A DNA stretch of 64,000 nt from Candidatus Sulfobium sp. (GTDB taxonomy: Bacteria; Nitrospirota; Thermodesulfovibrionia; Thermodesulfovibrionales; UBA6898). Under the pieces are notes generated by a model. The model ran no database searches and was not told the origin of the DNA. It worked only from the letters and a program-made list of their open reading frames with translations. The DNA lies in NCBI GenBank assembly GCA_037380845.1, contig JARRRI010000013.1, forward strand, positions 10,315-74,314, written 5' to 3'. The position numbers and the translations under genes were made by a program. How positions within the stretch are numbered: position 1 is the stretch's first letter; every line of letters starts with the position of its first letter. Shown here piece after piece: positions 20,811 to 32,671 of this stretch.

Positions 20811-21014
20811 ATGTCCGACGGCATCAGTGAAGAGGAAAAATTCCGGCATATCGAGGCGGCTTTTCAGATAGATGATATCTATCTGCGGAGTCTGGACCGT
20901 CTGAGGGAAGACCTGACAGGCCGGGGGATCGACATCGATACCGGCGAGGGCAGGAAGATCTTCATACGTGAAGTGCGGAGGCTTAACGAGAGTTTTTACG
21001 AAGAAGAGTCGTGA
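20811..21014 (+). CDS. Small hypothetical protein (67 aa)
   Basis: GGAGG RBS before ATG 20811; directly follows the CxxC gene. Confidence 0.7.
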   Translation: MSDGISEEEKFRHIEAAFQIDDIYLRSLDRLREDLTGRGIDIDTGEGRKIFIREVRRLNESFYEEES

Positions 21015-21085
21015 TGGGACAGATGAAGTGTAACAGGACGGTATTTATGGACATCGGCCGCAGCGTAGCGGCGGAGGGCGGGGGA

Positions 21086-21631
21086 ATGCGCCCCGAATTG
21101 CCGGAAAGGCTCACCGATTATCTCACCGGATCCGAGATCCCTTTTTCCAACCGGGACAATATACGGCAGAAGATATTGAGGTTCCTTGTTGAAGAAAGAA
21201 GGTACCTCAAGTCCGACATACAGGTGGACAGCGAGATACACTTTGAGGCGGACGGGGAAAAATTCCGGTCGCCGGTCGATATCGCCATTATCATAGAGGG
21301 CAGGACCCTGATTGTATGGAAATGCGCTTCGGGGTCCCTGGTCTCGCGGGAGAGGCAGATTATAGCTGCCGCAAGGTTGCTCGAAGACCATGTCGTGCCG
21401 CTTTCAGTGGTCACCAACGGGCAGGGCCTCGAAGTCCTCGACTCGTGCTCGGAAAGGGTAATTGGCGTCGGGTTCACTGCCGTACCGTACCGGGAGGACC
21501 TCCTGAGAGATGCCGGAGACCTCCAGATGAGGAAGATGAAGAAAGCAAAGATTATTTATGAGCAGAGGATACTGTCCACCTACGATTCGATTGCCTGTCC
21601 ATCAAGTTGCAGCCTGAAAGATCAGTCCTGA
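21086..21631 (+). CDS. Type I restriction enzyme HsdR N-terminal domain-like protein (stand-alone)
   Basis: IRQKILRFLVEE..Y...DI, VDIAI..WKC..GSLVSRERQ..AAAR, VVTNG; start uncertain (21011-21086). Confidence 0.75.
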   Translation: MRPELPERLTDYLTGSEIPFSNRDNIRQKILRFLVEERRYLKSDIQVDSEIHFEADGEKFRSPVDIAIIIEGRTLIVWKCASGSLVSRERQIIAAARLLEDHVVPLSVVTNGQGLEVLDSCSERVIGVGFTAVPYREDLLRDAGDLQMRKMKKAKIIYEQRILSTYDSIACPSSCSLKDQS

Positions 21632-21738
21632 CTCTGTCGAAGGACTCTCCAGAAAACTCAAAGGGATAACTGCTATAATACCGGTACCCGGGATCTGCGG
21701 CGCACTCTCTTGTTTGAGAAGGAAGAAAACCTTAAAGG

Positions 21739-23391
21739 ATGAATATTACCGTCAGTCAATTTATCATCAGGTATCTTGAGAGGCTCGGAGTCGATAATGT
21801 TTTCGGCATCCCCGGTGCTCACATACTGCCGGTATTCGACGCCCTCTATGAATCGCGGATAAAAACCATTCTGGCCAAGCATGAACAGGGTGCATCGTTC
21901 ATGGCGGGTGGATATGCGAGGCAGTCGGGCAAGCCGGGCGTCTGCATCGCAACAGCCGGCCCTGGGGCGACGAACCTTGTCACCGGTCTTGCAAACGCCT
22001 ACCTGGACCGTCTTCCCCTCTTCGCCATTACGGGTGAAACGCCCACATACTCTTTCGGCAAGGGTGCCCTCCAGGAGAGTTCGGGCGAAGGGTTCTGCAT
22101 CAACCAGTTCGATATCTTCAGGGGTGTCACGCGTTACAACGGAATCGTCCACCGGACCGACTATTTGCTGAACCTCTTCAGAAATATCACCGGCCTTCTC
22201 CTGTCGGACAATCCCGGCCCGGTCCTGCTCAGTTTCCCTTACAACGTGCTGAAGGAAACCGTCGACGAAGCGCTGCTTGACAATATCAGCTTCGGCCGCA
22301 GCCGTTCGGACGCGGCGGCCGGTCCGGCATCCGTGAAGGAAGTTCTCTCCATGCTGAAAAGCGCGCAGAGGCCGGTCGTAGTCGCCGGACACGGCAGCGT
22401 ACTTGCGGGTGCGGAAGGTTCTATCGCCCGTTTTTGTGCCGACACGAAAACGCCCCTTGCGACCAGCCTGAAGGCGAGGGGCATAGTTCCCGAATCGTCG
22501 GACCTCTCGCTCGGTATCCTGGGCATAACTTCCAATGAGGCCGCTTTTCGTTATATCTCTGAAGAGGCGGACCTGGTCTTTATAGCCGGTGCCAGTTTCG
22601 GGGAGAGGACCAGCTACAACTGGAACAACAGCCTGCTGGCCGGGAAGAAGATAGTCCAGATAGACAACGACGAATCGCAGCTGAACAAGGTATTTTCCGC
22701 CGACGTCGCTCTCAAATGTGACGTAAAGTCTTTTTTTGACAGCCTGCTCGCGGCACTCTCCTCCAACGGCTTTGTCCGCAAGGATACGGCGGCGGCGGAC
22801 TATAAAGAGAGATATGAAAACCACGACATCGGGGACAACGAATTCCTTCTCGTGAGCCGCTTTCTGAGAAATCTCGGCGATTGTTTCAAAGACGGAGAGG
22901 TGTCGATATTCGATGACAACATCATATATATGCAGAGGTTCTGCAGCGTGACGAAGAGCCGGAGCTACTTCCCCAACTCCGGTATCTCTTCTCTGGGGCA
23001 TGCCGTACCGGCCGCCATAGGTGCCAAACTTGCCACGGAAAGGCCCGTTATAGCTTTACTTGGCGACGGCGGCTTCCAGATGTGCTGCATGGAGATCATG
23101 ACGGCCGTGAACCACGGCGTCCCCCTGACCGTGGTCCTTCTCAACAACTCCACCCTCGGCCTGGTGAGAAAAAACCAGTTTTATAACTACTCGGGACGTT
23201 TTATCGCAAGCGAATTCGTGAATCCCGATTATGCGAAACTGGCCGAATCTTTTGGTATCAATTATTTCGGGGTTTCATCGGAGCCGGAGGCGGATACTGT
23301 CATGCAGGAAGTCGATTTCCTGCACGGCATCAATCTCATCGAACTGACCCTGAATAAAGATGAGTTTCCGAAATATTCGTCCGGCCGCTGA
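21739..23391 (+). CDS. Thiamine pyrophosphate-dependent enzyme (acetolactate synthase-like family)
   Basis: FGIPG, KHEQGASFMA, GPGATN, TPP motif GDGG...NN. Confidence 0.92.
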   Translation: MNITVSQFIIRYLERLGVDNVFGIPGAHILPVFDALYESRIKTILAKHEQGASFMAGGYARQSGKPGVCIATAGPGATNLVTGLANAYLDRLPLFAITGETPTYSFGKGALQESSGEGFCINQFDIFRGVTRYNGIVHRTDYLLNLFRNITGLLLSDNPGPVLLSFPYNVLKETVDEALLDNISFGRSRSDAAAGPASVKEVLSMLKSAQRPVVVAGHGSVLAGAEGSIARFCADTKTPLATSLKARGIVPESSDLSLGILGITSNEAAFRYISEEADLVFIAGASFGERTSYNWNNSLLAGKKIVQIDNDESQLNKVFSADVALKCDVKSFFDSLLAALSSNGFVRKDTAAADYKERYENHDIGDNEFLLVSRFLRNLGDCFKDGEVSIFDDNIIYMQRFCSVTKSRSYFPNSGISSLGHAVPAAIGAKLATERPVIALLGDGGFQMCCMEIMTAVNHGVPLTVVLLNNSTLGLVRKNQFYNYSGRFIASEFVNPDYAKLAESFGINYFGVSSEPEADTVMQEVDFLHGINLIELTLNKDEFPKYSSGR

Positions 23392-25252
23392 CGGATTTCC
23401 CCATCTCCTTCATTTCTTTGACCTTTTCAGTTCCGTCGTGTGCCCTGGCGGAGACGGGAAAACCTTGCTGTTTCAGAAAGAAGACGGACCTGTGGACCAT
23501 ATGCAGCTGAAGTCAGTCTATGAGGAATCCCTGTCGTTCCTTGAAGACAAGGCGGCCGAAACGGATTTCCGGGACGACCTCCTGGAACTGCAGAAAGGTC
23601 TTTACAGGGAGCTGGAATATCTTTATTCCCTCGATAGTCCCGATTCCAGGCACCACTTCTTTGTAGTGATACCCGTTGCCGACAGACCTTCCATGCTGAG
23701 GAACTGTGTGGACAGTCTTATAGGGCAGTGCGAGGATTTTGGTTACGGGGGGACGGCCGCTGGTGCGGACGGCAGCCGTTTCTTCAGCAAAGTAAGGCTC
23801 TTCGTCGTAGACGACAGTGCGGACGAGGGCAACAGGTCCCGGACCAGAAAGATAGCTTCGGAAACGGCAGAGCGGGGGATCAGGACCCGCTATTTCGGCG
23901 TCGAAGAGCAGGCGGAACTCCTGCGGCATATAGGCGGACTGACCGGGGGAGCGTCTTCGCGGCTGACAGGAGGCCCGGGCAATGCGACCCTTGCCCATAA
24001 AGGCGCCTCGGTTACGAGAAACCTCGCGTATCTTTACCTCAATTCTTTTCTCCGCAGGCCGGGCGCGGACGAGAAGGTACTCATATATTTTCTCGACAGC
24101 GATGAAGAGTTCAGGGTCAAGGTGAAGAAGAACGCGGCGGCGGCGGATATCAGGTTCATCAATTATTTCTACTGGCTCGACAGGATATTCACTACAACCG
24201 GCATTCAGGTCCTCACGGGGAAGGTCGTGGGCGACCCGCCCGTTTCCCCTTCGGTCATGATCAATACCTTCCTCGACGACGTCCTGCTGTTTCTGGAAAC
24301 CGTCTCGGGTTTGCAGCCGGGTGACACCTGCCCCTTCCATCGCGGTAAAAGGCCCGGAGCGTTTTCGGCGGAATATCACGATATGGTGGAACTCTTCGGA
24401 TACCGGCGGCCCGGGGCACTGGAGTATGATTGTCCGCTGTCGGGAGACCACACCACGGAAGATTGTTTCCAGGCCTTTTCGCGGGAAGTCCGAGATTTTT
24501 TTCACGGTCTTCATCCGACCAGAGTTCAGTTCTATCGTCATTTCGGCAGATTTACGAAAACTGAGAGCGCCAGGACCGTATACACGGGAAATTATGTCTT
24601 TACCCCGGGGGCGCTGAAATACTTCATCCCTTTTGCCGGCCTGAATCTGAGGATGGCGGGTCCCACGCTGGGCCGTATTCTTAAGTCGGCAATCGGCGCG
24701 AGGTTCGCATCCGCCAACCTGCCTTTGCTTCACCGGAGGACGAACCCTGACAGCTCCCGGGTATACAGGAGCGGCGTTTCCGGGACAGAAGATTCGATAG
24801 ACCTCTCGGGAGAATTTATCAGGCAGTTCTGGGGAGACGTCATGCTGTTTTCCATCGAGTCTCTGACGAACTCGGGTTTTCCCGACATCATGCCGGGCCT
24901 TCCGGAGATATCTTCTGTCGTAAAGGCTGTCCAGGGTGATATGTGGAGGCTGTACAGGCAACAGAAGGCCGCAGCAGCGGCCAAGGCCGGGCTGTTGAGA
25001 GAGCGCCTGCTGCAGGAGGGCGGCTGGTGGAACCGGAGCGGCTGCTTGAAGGGGGCCGTGCAAAGAATCGAACTCCTCTGCTCCATAGTCGACAACAGCT
25101 TCGGCGAGGGTTCAGAGACCATGAAAAGTCTTTCCGCCCGGGTCGCTGAGGGATCCTATGCCGACCTTCTTATACGGGCAATCAGTTCCTTCCGCGACGA
25201 CGAGGCGGTCTGGGCGAAGCTGATCGGGGCTGACGTCGCCGGCTTGACGTAG
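23360..25252 (+). CDS. Hypothetical protein with glycosyltransferase-A-like motifs
   Basis: VVIPVADRP..L, VVDDS, GASVTRN, FLDSD resemble GT2 motifs; overlaps the TPP gene. Confidence 0.65.
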   Translation: MSFRNIRPAADGFPHLLHFFDLFSSVVCPGGDGKTLLFQKEDGPVDHMQLKSVYEESLSFLEDKAAETDFRDDLLELQKGLYRELEYLYSLDSPDSRHHFFVVIPVADRPSMLRNCVDSLIGQCEDFGYGGTAAGADGSRFFSKVRLFVVDDSADEGNRSRTRKIASETAERGIRTRYFGVEEQAELLRHIGGLTGGASSRLTGGPGNATLAHKGASVTRNLAYLYLNSFLRRPGADEKVLIYFLDSDEEFRVKVKKNAAAADIRFINYFYWLDRIFTTTGIQVLTGKVVGDPPVSPSVMINTFLDDVLLFLETVSGLQPGDTCPFHRGKRPGAFSAEYHDMVELFGYRRPGALEYDCPLSGDHTTEDCFQAFSREVRDFFHGLHPTRVQFYRHFGRFTKTESARTVYTGNYVFTPGALKYFIPFAGLNLRMAGPTLGRILKSAIGARFASANLPLLHRRTNPDSSRVYRSGVSGTEDSIDLSGEFIRQFWGDVMLFSIESLTNSGFPDIMPGLPEISSVVKAVQGDMWRLYRQQKAAAAAKAGLLRERLLQEGGWWNRSGCLKGAVQRIELLCSIVDNSFGEGSETMKSLSARVAEGSYADLLIRAISSFRDDEAVWAKLIGADVAGLT

Positions 25253-25300
25253 GGTATGAATTATCCGGCCTCCGGTCTTTGGTGAACTGTGAAAAGATGG

Positions 25301-25555
25301 TCAGAATTGAAGTCTGCGCTGCGCGTCCTGGCTGTAGAGTTTTTGCAGTTGTTCCTGGATGGTTTGCCAGCCGTCTCTGGCGTGAGGGATGACACATTTG
25401 GAACAGTCCTTCAGGCCTGAGGGCAGAACGGCGAAGTCGCCGGGACAGGGGAGCAGGAAGAGCGGACAGTAACAGAAAAGACAGGAGTGCCAGTCATCGA
25501 GATTGTGGCAGGGCAGGAATTCACAATTGAGGTTTATGAATTGTTTGTAGCTCAT
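25301..25555 (-). CDS. Cysteine-rich small domain protein
   Basis: N..CEFLPCH...CLFCYCPL...KDCS.C.IPH pattern. Confidence 0.85.
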   Translation of the reverse strand: MSYKQFINLNCEFLPCHNLDDWHSCLFCYCPLFLLPCPGDFAVLPSGLKDCSKCVIPHARDGWQTIQEQLQKLYSQDAQRRLQF

Positions 25556-25620
25556 TGAAGAATTATATCACAGGGGTTCCGTACTTTCCGGCGACAGCGA
25601 CAGGCGGGCACCGTCAGTCC

Positions 25621-26451
25621 TCAAAGGTTGAGAGCACAGGCCTGACAGTTTTCCCCTCCTCTTCCCCTGCATAGACCTGAAATCCCGTGGTGGCAGAGTG
25701 CGAAATCATATTTCAGCGGGTCTTCGGGATCGAGGCCCTTCAGTGATTCGGTTATTTCCACGGCCGTCTTCCAGTCCTGAGATTTTCTCTCCGTGAAGCC
25801 CAGACATCTCGAAATCCTTGCTATGTGAGTATCCAGAGGAATGATCAGCTTGTTCTTCGGGATTCCGTCCCATATCCCGAAATCGATGTCCCTGTCCCGC
25901 ACCATCCAGCGCAGGAAAAGGTTGGCGCGCTTACAGGTGCTGCCGTGGGCGGGGGAGGAAAGAAACTGTCTCAATCCCCGGGGCCTTATGTCCGTCCCAT
26001 AAACCGGGGATGTGTTGCCGCCCAGGAGTTCGCCAATAAAGCCGGTCAGTCCCCTGCGGATGTCTCTGTCGTCTTCGCTGTAATGCCTCCTGAAGGCATT
26101 CATCAGCGAGCCTTCCTTTTTCAGGATCTCATGGAGCAGGAAAAAAAGGCAGAGGATGTCCGCATTTTCATTGAACCTGTATTTTAAACCCCCGAAACGC
26201 CCGCCATCCCTTTTCAGGTTGAAGCCGGCCAGGAACTCGAAGGGGCTTTCGCCCATCTTCGAAAATATTGTTTCCAGAACGGCCCTGAACAGTTCCACCT
26301 TCCCGTAAGCGAAACAGGAAGATATGAAGCCCGCCGCCTCTATATCGGCTGACGAAACATACCGGTGTGGAAATTCAATCGGATCATGCCGCATCCTCTC
26401 CCGGAAATCGAAATCTCTGTAAAACCTTTCGAGGACTTCCTTCATGTTCAT
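25621..26451 (-). CDS. TIGR02757 / DUF2400 family protein
   Basis: DPIEFPHRY, CKRANLFLRWMVR, PLDTH, DPLKYDFAL. Confidence 0.9.
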   Translation of the reverse strand: MNMKEVLERFYRDFDFRERMRHDPIEFPHRYVSSADIEAAGFISSCFAYGKVELFRAVLETIFSKMGESPFEFLAGFNLKRDGGRFGGLKYRFNENADILCLFFLLHEILKKEGSLMNAFRRHYSEDDRDIRRGLTGFIGELLGGNTSPVYGTDIRPRGLRQFLSSPAHGSTCKRANLFLRWMVRDRDIDFGIWDGIPKNKLIIPLDTHIARISRCLGFTERKSQDWKTAVEITESLKGLDPEDPLKYDFALCHHGISGLCRGRGGENCQACALNL

Positions 26452-26498
26452 GGGGTTAAGGTATTATACCAGCCGCAAAGTTGCCACACAGAACGAGT

Positions 26499-26590
26499 GA
26501 CAAGTTTGTCGTATTATACATTATTGTAGCATTTTCTGTTTGAGGTTTCCCTTGAAAATCAGGAAGTTGCAAGTTGGCACGGTTCTGGAT
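26499..26590 (+). promoter_or_regulatory. Putative sigma-54 promoter with IHF site and upstream activator palindromes
   Basis: TTGGCACGGTTCTGGAT (26574-26590; -12 is GA rather than GC), AATCAG-GAAG-TTG IHF match (26557-26569), GACAAGTTTGTC and TACATTATTGTA dyads. Confidence 0.6.
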
Positions 26591-26763
26591 ATAAACAGGG
26601 CACGGCGAGGAGAAAAATCCCGGCTCATGACGGCCGGAAGCATGACCGGATCGAAGCCGGAAAATACCCCGTCAGGACAAGGAGGTGCATCGGGTAGTCG
26701 GCTGCTACGTCTTTGTGCCGAAGTGCGGACCTTCGGTCTGTAAATACATTGCGGGAGGAGAAC

Positions 26764-27528
26764 ATGAACAGAGTAAAGAGTATGATGATTGTAACGGCAG
26801 TGGTGCTGTCGGTTGCGGCCGGTTCGGCTTATGCAGGGGAACCAGCTGTATCGGGTTTCACCTCAGTCGACGTGATGAGCAATTATGTGTGGCGCGGGCA
26901 GAAACTGAGCAACAGTTACGTCATCCAGCCTTCAGTGGGCATAAACTATGGCGATTTCGCCGCCAACATCTGGGCGAACCTCGACAGCGACCCCGAATTC
27001 CTCGGGATCGACAACAGGTTCAAGCATACGGAGACCGACCTTACGGCGACCTACGGTTTTTCCTTCGACAAACTCAGCTTTACCGCGGGGTATATCTATT
27101 ATGCGCTGGAGAGCGCCAACGACACGCAGGAAGTCTTTCTTTCAGCCGGCTATGATATTCTGCTCAACCCGACACTGACTGTATACTACGACTTCGTCGA
27201 GGGGGGCGGCGGCTTCGCAGTGGCGTCCATAGGGCACTCCATCGACATCACGAAGGACATCCCCCTCAATCTGGGAGCCTCCGCCAGTGTCAACCTCAAC
27301 GACAAGGTCATGGGACTGGATAAGGACGGCAACGACTTCACCAATTTCTATAACGGCGAACTCTCCGCTTCCGTGTCAGTCCCGTTAACGAAGGCCCTTA
27401 GCGTGACGCCGAAGGCGGCCTATTCCCTTGCGCTCAGCAATGATGCCAAGCACGCGATCAGCAGTGTCAGCGACGACGGCACCCATGACATCCTTTACGG
27501 GGGCATCAACCTTACGCTGAGCTTCTAG
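26764..27528 (+). CDS. TorF/Gcw_chp-like outer-membrane beta-barrel protein
   Basis: Signal peptide, SNYVWRGQ, IQPS, ETD, C-terminal Phe; upstream of amtB. Confidence 0.8.
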   Translation: MNRVKSMMIVTAVVLSVAAGSAYAGEPAVSGFTSVDVMSNYVWRGQKLSNSYVIQPSVGINYGDFAANIWANLDSDPEFLGIDNRFKHTETDLTATYGFSFDKLSFTAGYIYYALESANDTQEVFLSAGYDILLNPTLTVYYDFVEGGGGFAVASIGHSIDITKDIPLNLGASASVNLNDKVMGLDKDGNDFTNFYNGELSASVSVPLTKALSVTPKAAYSLALSNDAKHAISSVSDDGTHDILYGGINLTLSF

Positions 27529-27558
27529 CGATAAAGCGATTTCGAAAGGAGATGAAAT

Positions 27559-29366
<1,808 letters not shown>

Positions 29367-29439
29367 TCTCACTTTTATGCCGGAGGCCCTTTTCCGTGAG
29401 GGTCGGAAGGGGCCTCCATTCTTATCATCCCGGGTTCAA

Positions 29440-29745
29440 TTACGTTTTCCCGCGTTTCGACATATGGGAGATCAGGTCGAAGATACTCTTTGCCCTTTGC
29501 TCGATGACATCGACCGCGTGCTCCAGTCTCTTGAACCTGTCCGGCTGCGATCCCCCGGTAAATGATTCTTCCGCCTTCTCCATCGCCTTCATGATCTCAG
29601 AACCTTCCGGACTCCGCGAAAGTTCTTCCCCCCACATGTCCCTGGCCAGAAGGAGCGTCCCGAACAACATCTTTCTTGTCTCTGCCACCTTGTCTTCCAG
29701 CCGTCTGATTCTCTCCTCATCAGACATATCCGCAAAATGTACCAC
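29440..29745 (-). CDS. Hypothetical protein
   Basis: 101-aa helical ORF with GGAGG upstream. Confidence 0.65.
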   Translation of the reverse strand: MVHFADMSDEERIRRLEDKVAETRKMLFGTLLLARDMWGEELSRSPEGSEIMKAMEKAEESFTGGSQPDRFKRLEHAVDVIEQRAKSIFDLISHMSKRGKT

Positions 29746-30003
29746 CTGGACCTCCGCCTTTCTTTCCGGACTGATCGCCGCCGTACCGCCTCATAATCAA
29801 AGAATAGTCTGTTAAGGGACGCTCTGCAAATATCCGGCCCCGGCAATATCTTAAAACGTTGCCGTTGTAACCTTTCTTTTAATCGCATAAACTTGAATTA
29901 GAAACCGGCAGAAAAAGTCCTGTCCACTGAAAGGACTGTTGGATTCCCGCAACGGAGATGCGCTTGTGTGCCGGCAGGCCGAGAGCCGAAAGGAGGCACC
30001 CCA

Positions 30004-32136
30004 TTGAAGACGCCCCTAAAGATAATAGTCATAATAGCTGTCGTCATACTGGTCGTAGTGGCAGGCCTCACGGTCTTCGTCAAGTCCTACCTGACTGACG
30101 CTCGCGTACGCACCCTGATCACCCGGACAGCCGAGTCCTCTCTCCACCGGAAGGTCTCCCTGGGTGCGATCTCGGTGAGCATCTTCAGAGGCATTTCGGT
30201 TAAGGATTTCGAGATCAAGGAGAAAGATTCTGATTCGGATTTCGTGAAAGCCGATGCCTTCGTGCTGAAATATCAGCTCCTGCCGCTCCTCTCACGGAGA
30301 CTGGTCATCAACCAGTTGGAAATTGAATCGCCCACGATTGTGATCAGGAAGAATTCCGACGGTTCCTACAATTTTTCGGATATGATAAGGCGGAAAGGGG
30401 AGGCCGCTGCAAAGAAGAAAGATACCGGCGGACTGTCGGGCCTTCCGGTCAGCCTGAGCGTACAGTCGCTCCGGATCGACAAGGCCCGGCTGGAATACTC
30501 CGATCCCGTCGGCACGGTAAAGAAGGCCCTGATCGGACTTGACGCCGGTATTGCGATCGAAGGAAGGTCCAGGCAGGTGATCGCTCCCTCCGGAAAGGCA
30601 AGGATGGAGGTCCTTGAGGTGGTGCTGAAAGACCGTCCCGGGCCGATCACTGATATCCCGGTGTCGCTGCAGTACAGCGCCGAGGTGGACCTCGCCGGAA
30701 AAAAAGTGTATATCCTTGACGCTTCGGTAAAGACACTTGGCGTGCCCGCCACGATCAAGGGTACGGTGAATTATGGCGAACCGCTTTCTTATGACCTGGA
30801 GGTGGGCGCGCCTTCGGTGGACCTCGCAGACGTGGAGAAGGGCGCGGCAGTTTTTCTGCCTTCCGGGATCAGGATCAGCGGCGGCTTCTCGATGAAGGTG
30901 TCTGCCGCGCAGAAAGCGGTGAAAGACGCGAAACCGGTCTTCAGCGGCGAGATAAAACTCGACAGGGTCGCGGTACAGGTGAAGAACATGAAACCTGTCT
31001 TCAGCGGAACGGTGACCCTCGCGCCGGAGCAGATCGGTTTCAGGTCAATGAAACTCGTAGCGGGGGACAGTTCGGCGGATATCAGCGGCCGGGTTGCCAA
31101 CTATTCGACCAATCCCGATATCCGCATGGATGTAACGAGCCCCATGCTTAATCTCGACAGCATCATGCTCCCCCAGGGAAAGGGAGAGGCAGATGCTCCT
31201 GGGGGACGACCGGGAAAAGAGGGGAAGGAGCAGAAGGAGTTCGGGCCCCTGAAGACAAAGATTACGGCCGGAGGAGATGTGGCGATCGCCAGGATGCTGT
31301 ATAAAGGCATTACTGTCCGGAACCTGAAGGCGCACTATACATTCCACAACAATATCTTTACCATTGACCCGCTAACGGGCGACACCCTCAGCGGCAGCTT
31401 CAGGGCGCGGAGCGCCGTGGACCTCTCGAAGAAGGGTATGGCTTATACCATGAATGCCGGGACGGACGGTGTCAAGCTCGAGGAGATCACCGCCGCTTTT
31501 GCACCGAAGGCGAAGGGCATTCTTTTCGGGAGTTTGTCGGCCCGCGCCGATATCAGCGGAGCGGGCTCAGCGAGCGAGACAATCAAACGCAATCTGAAGG
31601 GGAAAGGCTCGTTCAGCGTGAAAAACGGCGAGATAAAGAACGCGCCGATAGCTGACGGCCTCCTGGCGCTTCTGGGCCTCCGGAGCCTGAAGGAGATACC
31701 CATCGAGAAGGCTGCCGGCACCTTCAACATATCCGGCGGAGTGATAAACCTGACGAGCGTCATCGCCGGCAAAGACCTCGCCATTGACGAAACCGGGACC
31801 GTCGGGATGGACCAGAGACTCGACATGGGCATCCTGGTCAAGGTCTCTGACAAACTTTCACCAAAACTGCTGGGCCAGTCCGGAATCTCGCAGTTCCTGT
31901 CGGAAGAAAAGGGGTGGACCGAAATTCCCCTGAAACTGACCGGGACCGTCGCCAGGCCGTCCTATGGGGTCGATACAACGGCGATCGGCAAGAGAGCCAC
32001 GAAGAGCATCCAGAAGAAGGTAGAAGAGGAGATCTTCAAGGCGATCTCGGGAGAAAAGAAGAAGGAACAGCAGCCGACGGCCACACCGCAGAAGGGCAGT
32101 TCCCCGGAGGACCTGCTTAAGGGGTTTTTCAAGTAG
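30004..32136 (+). CDS. AsmA family protein
   Basis: N-terminal transmembrane anchor, G.YNFSD motif, beta-rich body; TTG start after GGAGG. Confidence 0.85.
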   Translation: MKTPLKIIVIIAVVILVVVAGLTVFVKSYLTDARVRTLITRTAESSLHRKVSLGAISVSIFRGISVKDFEIKEKDSDSDFVKADAFVLKYQLLPLLSRRLVINQLEIESPTIVIRKNSDGSYNFSDMIRRKGEAAAKKKDTGGLSGLPVSLSVQSLRIDKARLEYSDPVGTVKKALIGLDAGIAIEGRSRQVIAPSGKARMEVLEVVLKDRPGPITDIPVSLQYSAEVDLAGKKVYILDASVKTLGVPATIKGTVNYGEPLSYDLEVGAPSVDLADVEKGAAVFLPSGIRISGGFSMKVSAAQKAVKDAKPVFSGEIKLDRVAVQVKNMKPVFSGTVTLAPEQIGFRSMKLVAGDSSADISGRVANYSTNPDIRMDVTSPMLNLDSIMLPQGKGEADAPGGRPGKEGKEQKEFGPLKTKITAGGDVAIARMLYKGITVRNLKAHYTFHNNIFTIDPLTGDTLSGSFRARSAVDLSKKGMAYTMNAGTDGVKLEEITAAFAPKAKGILFGSLSARADISGAGSASETIKRNLKGKGSFSVKNGEIKNAPIADGLLALLGLRSLKEIPIEKAAGTFNISGGVINLTSVIAGKDLAIDETGTVGMDQRLDMGILVKVSDKLSPKLLGQSGISQFLSEEKGWTEIPLKLTGTVARPSYGVDTTAIGKRATKSIQKKVEEEIFKAISGEKKKEQQPTATPQKGSSPEDLLKGFFK

Positions 32137-32203
32137 CGGACCCCGGCCCGGTGAAGTCTGCCCTCTCCTCCCTTCCCTTCGAGGGAGGGGATAAGCTGGA
32201 AAG

Positions 32204-32259
32204 TTGACAGATGATATCTGGTACTGGTAGTATTATTCAAATATTCCAATATTTGAATA
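32204..32259 (+). promoter_or_regulatory. Sigma-70 promoter plus ArsR/SmtB-type 12-2-12 operator
   Basis: TTGACA (32204)-18 bp-TAGTAT (32228) preceded by TGn; perfect inverted repeat TATTCAAATATT-CC-AATATTTGAATA (32234-32259). Confidence 0.85.
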
Positions 32260-32274
32260 GGAGGTTTGGCTTCC

Positions 32275-32616
32275 ATGATTTCTCAAGCCGACAAGATAGA
32301 GGTCCTGAAGGTCATTGCCCACCCCTTAAGGATGCGGATACTCGAGGAACTCAGCAAAGGGGTGAAGTGCGTGAGCGACCTGGAAGAGTTTTTCGAAATC
32401 AGGCAGTCCAATATTTCACAACATCTTTCGCTGCTCAGGCGGCATGGTCTTATCGATTTTTACATTGACGGGAGACTCCGTTGTTATTTTCTGAGGGAGC
32501 CCTTCATCCCCGATCTGCTGGAATTGCTGAGGAAAGATTACGAGGAGGACCTGCCTGCCCCGGCCTGCTGTCCCGTAACCAGGAGGGGGAAGTATCCGGG
32601 TGACAGGAGGAATTGA
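32275..32616 (+). CDS. ArsR/SmtB family transcriptional regulator
   Basis: AHPLRMRIL, CVSDL, QSNISQHL helix-turn-helix; C-terminal CC. Confidence 0.93.
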   Translation: MISQADKIEVLKVIAHPLRMRILEELSKGVKCVSDLEEFFEIRQSNISQHLSLLRRHGLIDFYIDGRLRCYFLREPFIPDLLELLRKDYEEDLPAPACCPVTRRGKYPGDRRN

Positions 32617-32671
32617 TAAACCTGTATTTGACAATTCAGGGAGCCGCTGTTCTTCCCCGGGAGGAGGAGAA

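Noticed and set aside
19976..20824. 282-aa minus-strand ORF
   Set aside because: Runs through a REP-like palindrome and opposite the CxxC gene; no recognisable domain
21673..25063. Long minus-strand ORFs of 442 aa and 516 aa
   Set aside because: Antisense to well-supported genes; expected from GC-rich codon bias
29890..30000. Possible riboswitch upstream of the AsmA gene
   Set aside because: Only short hairpins; no family consensus recognised by eye
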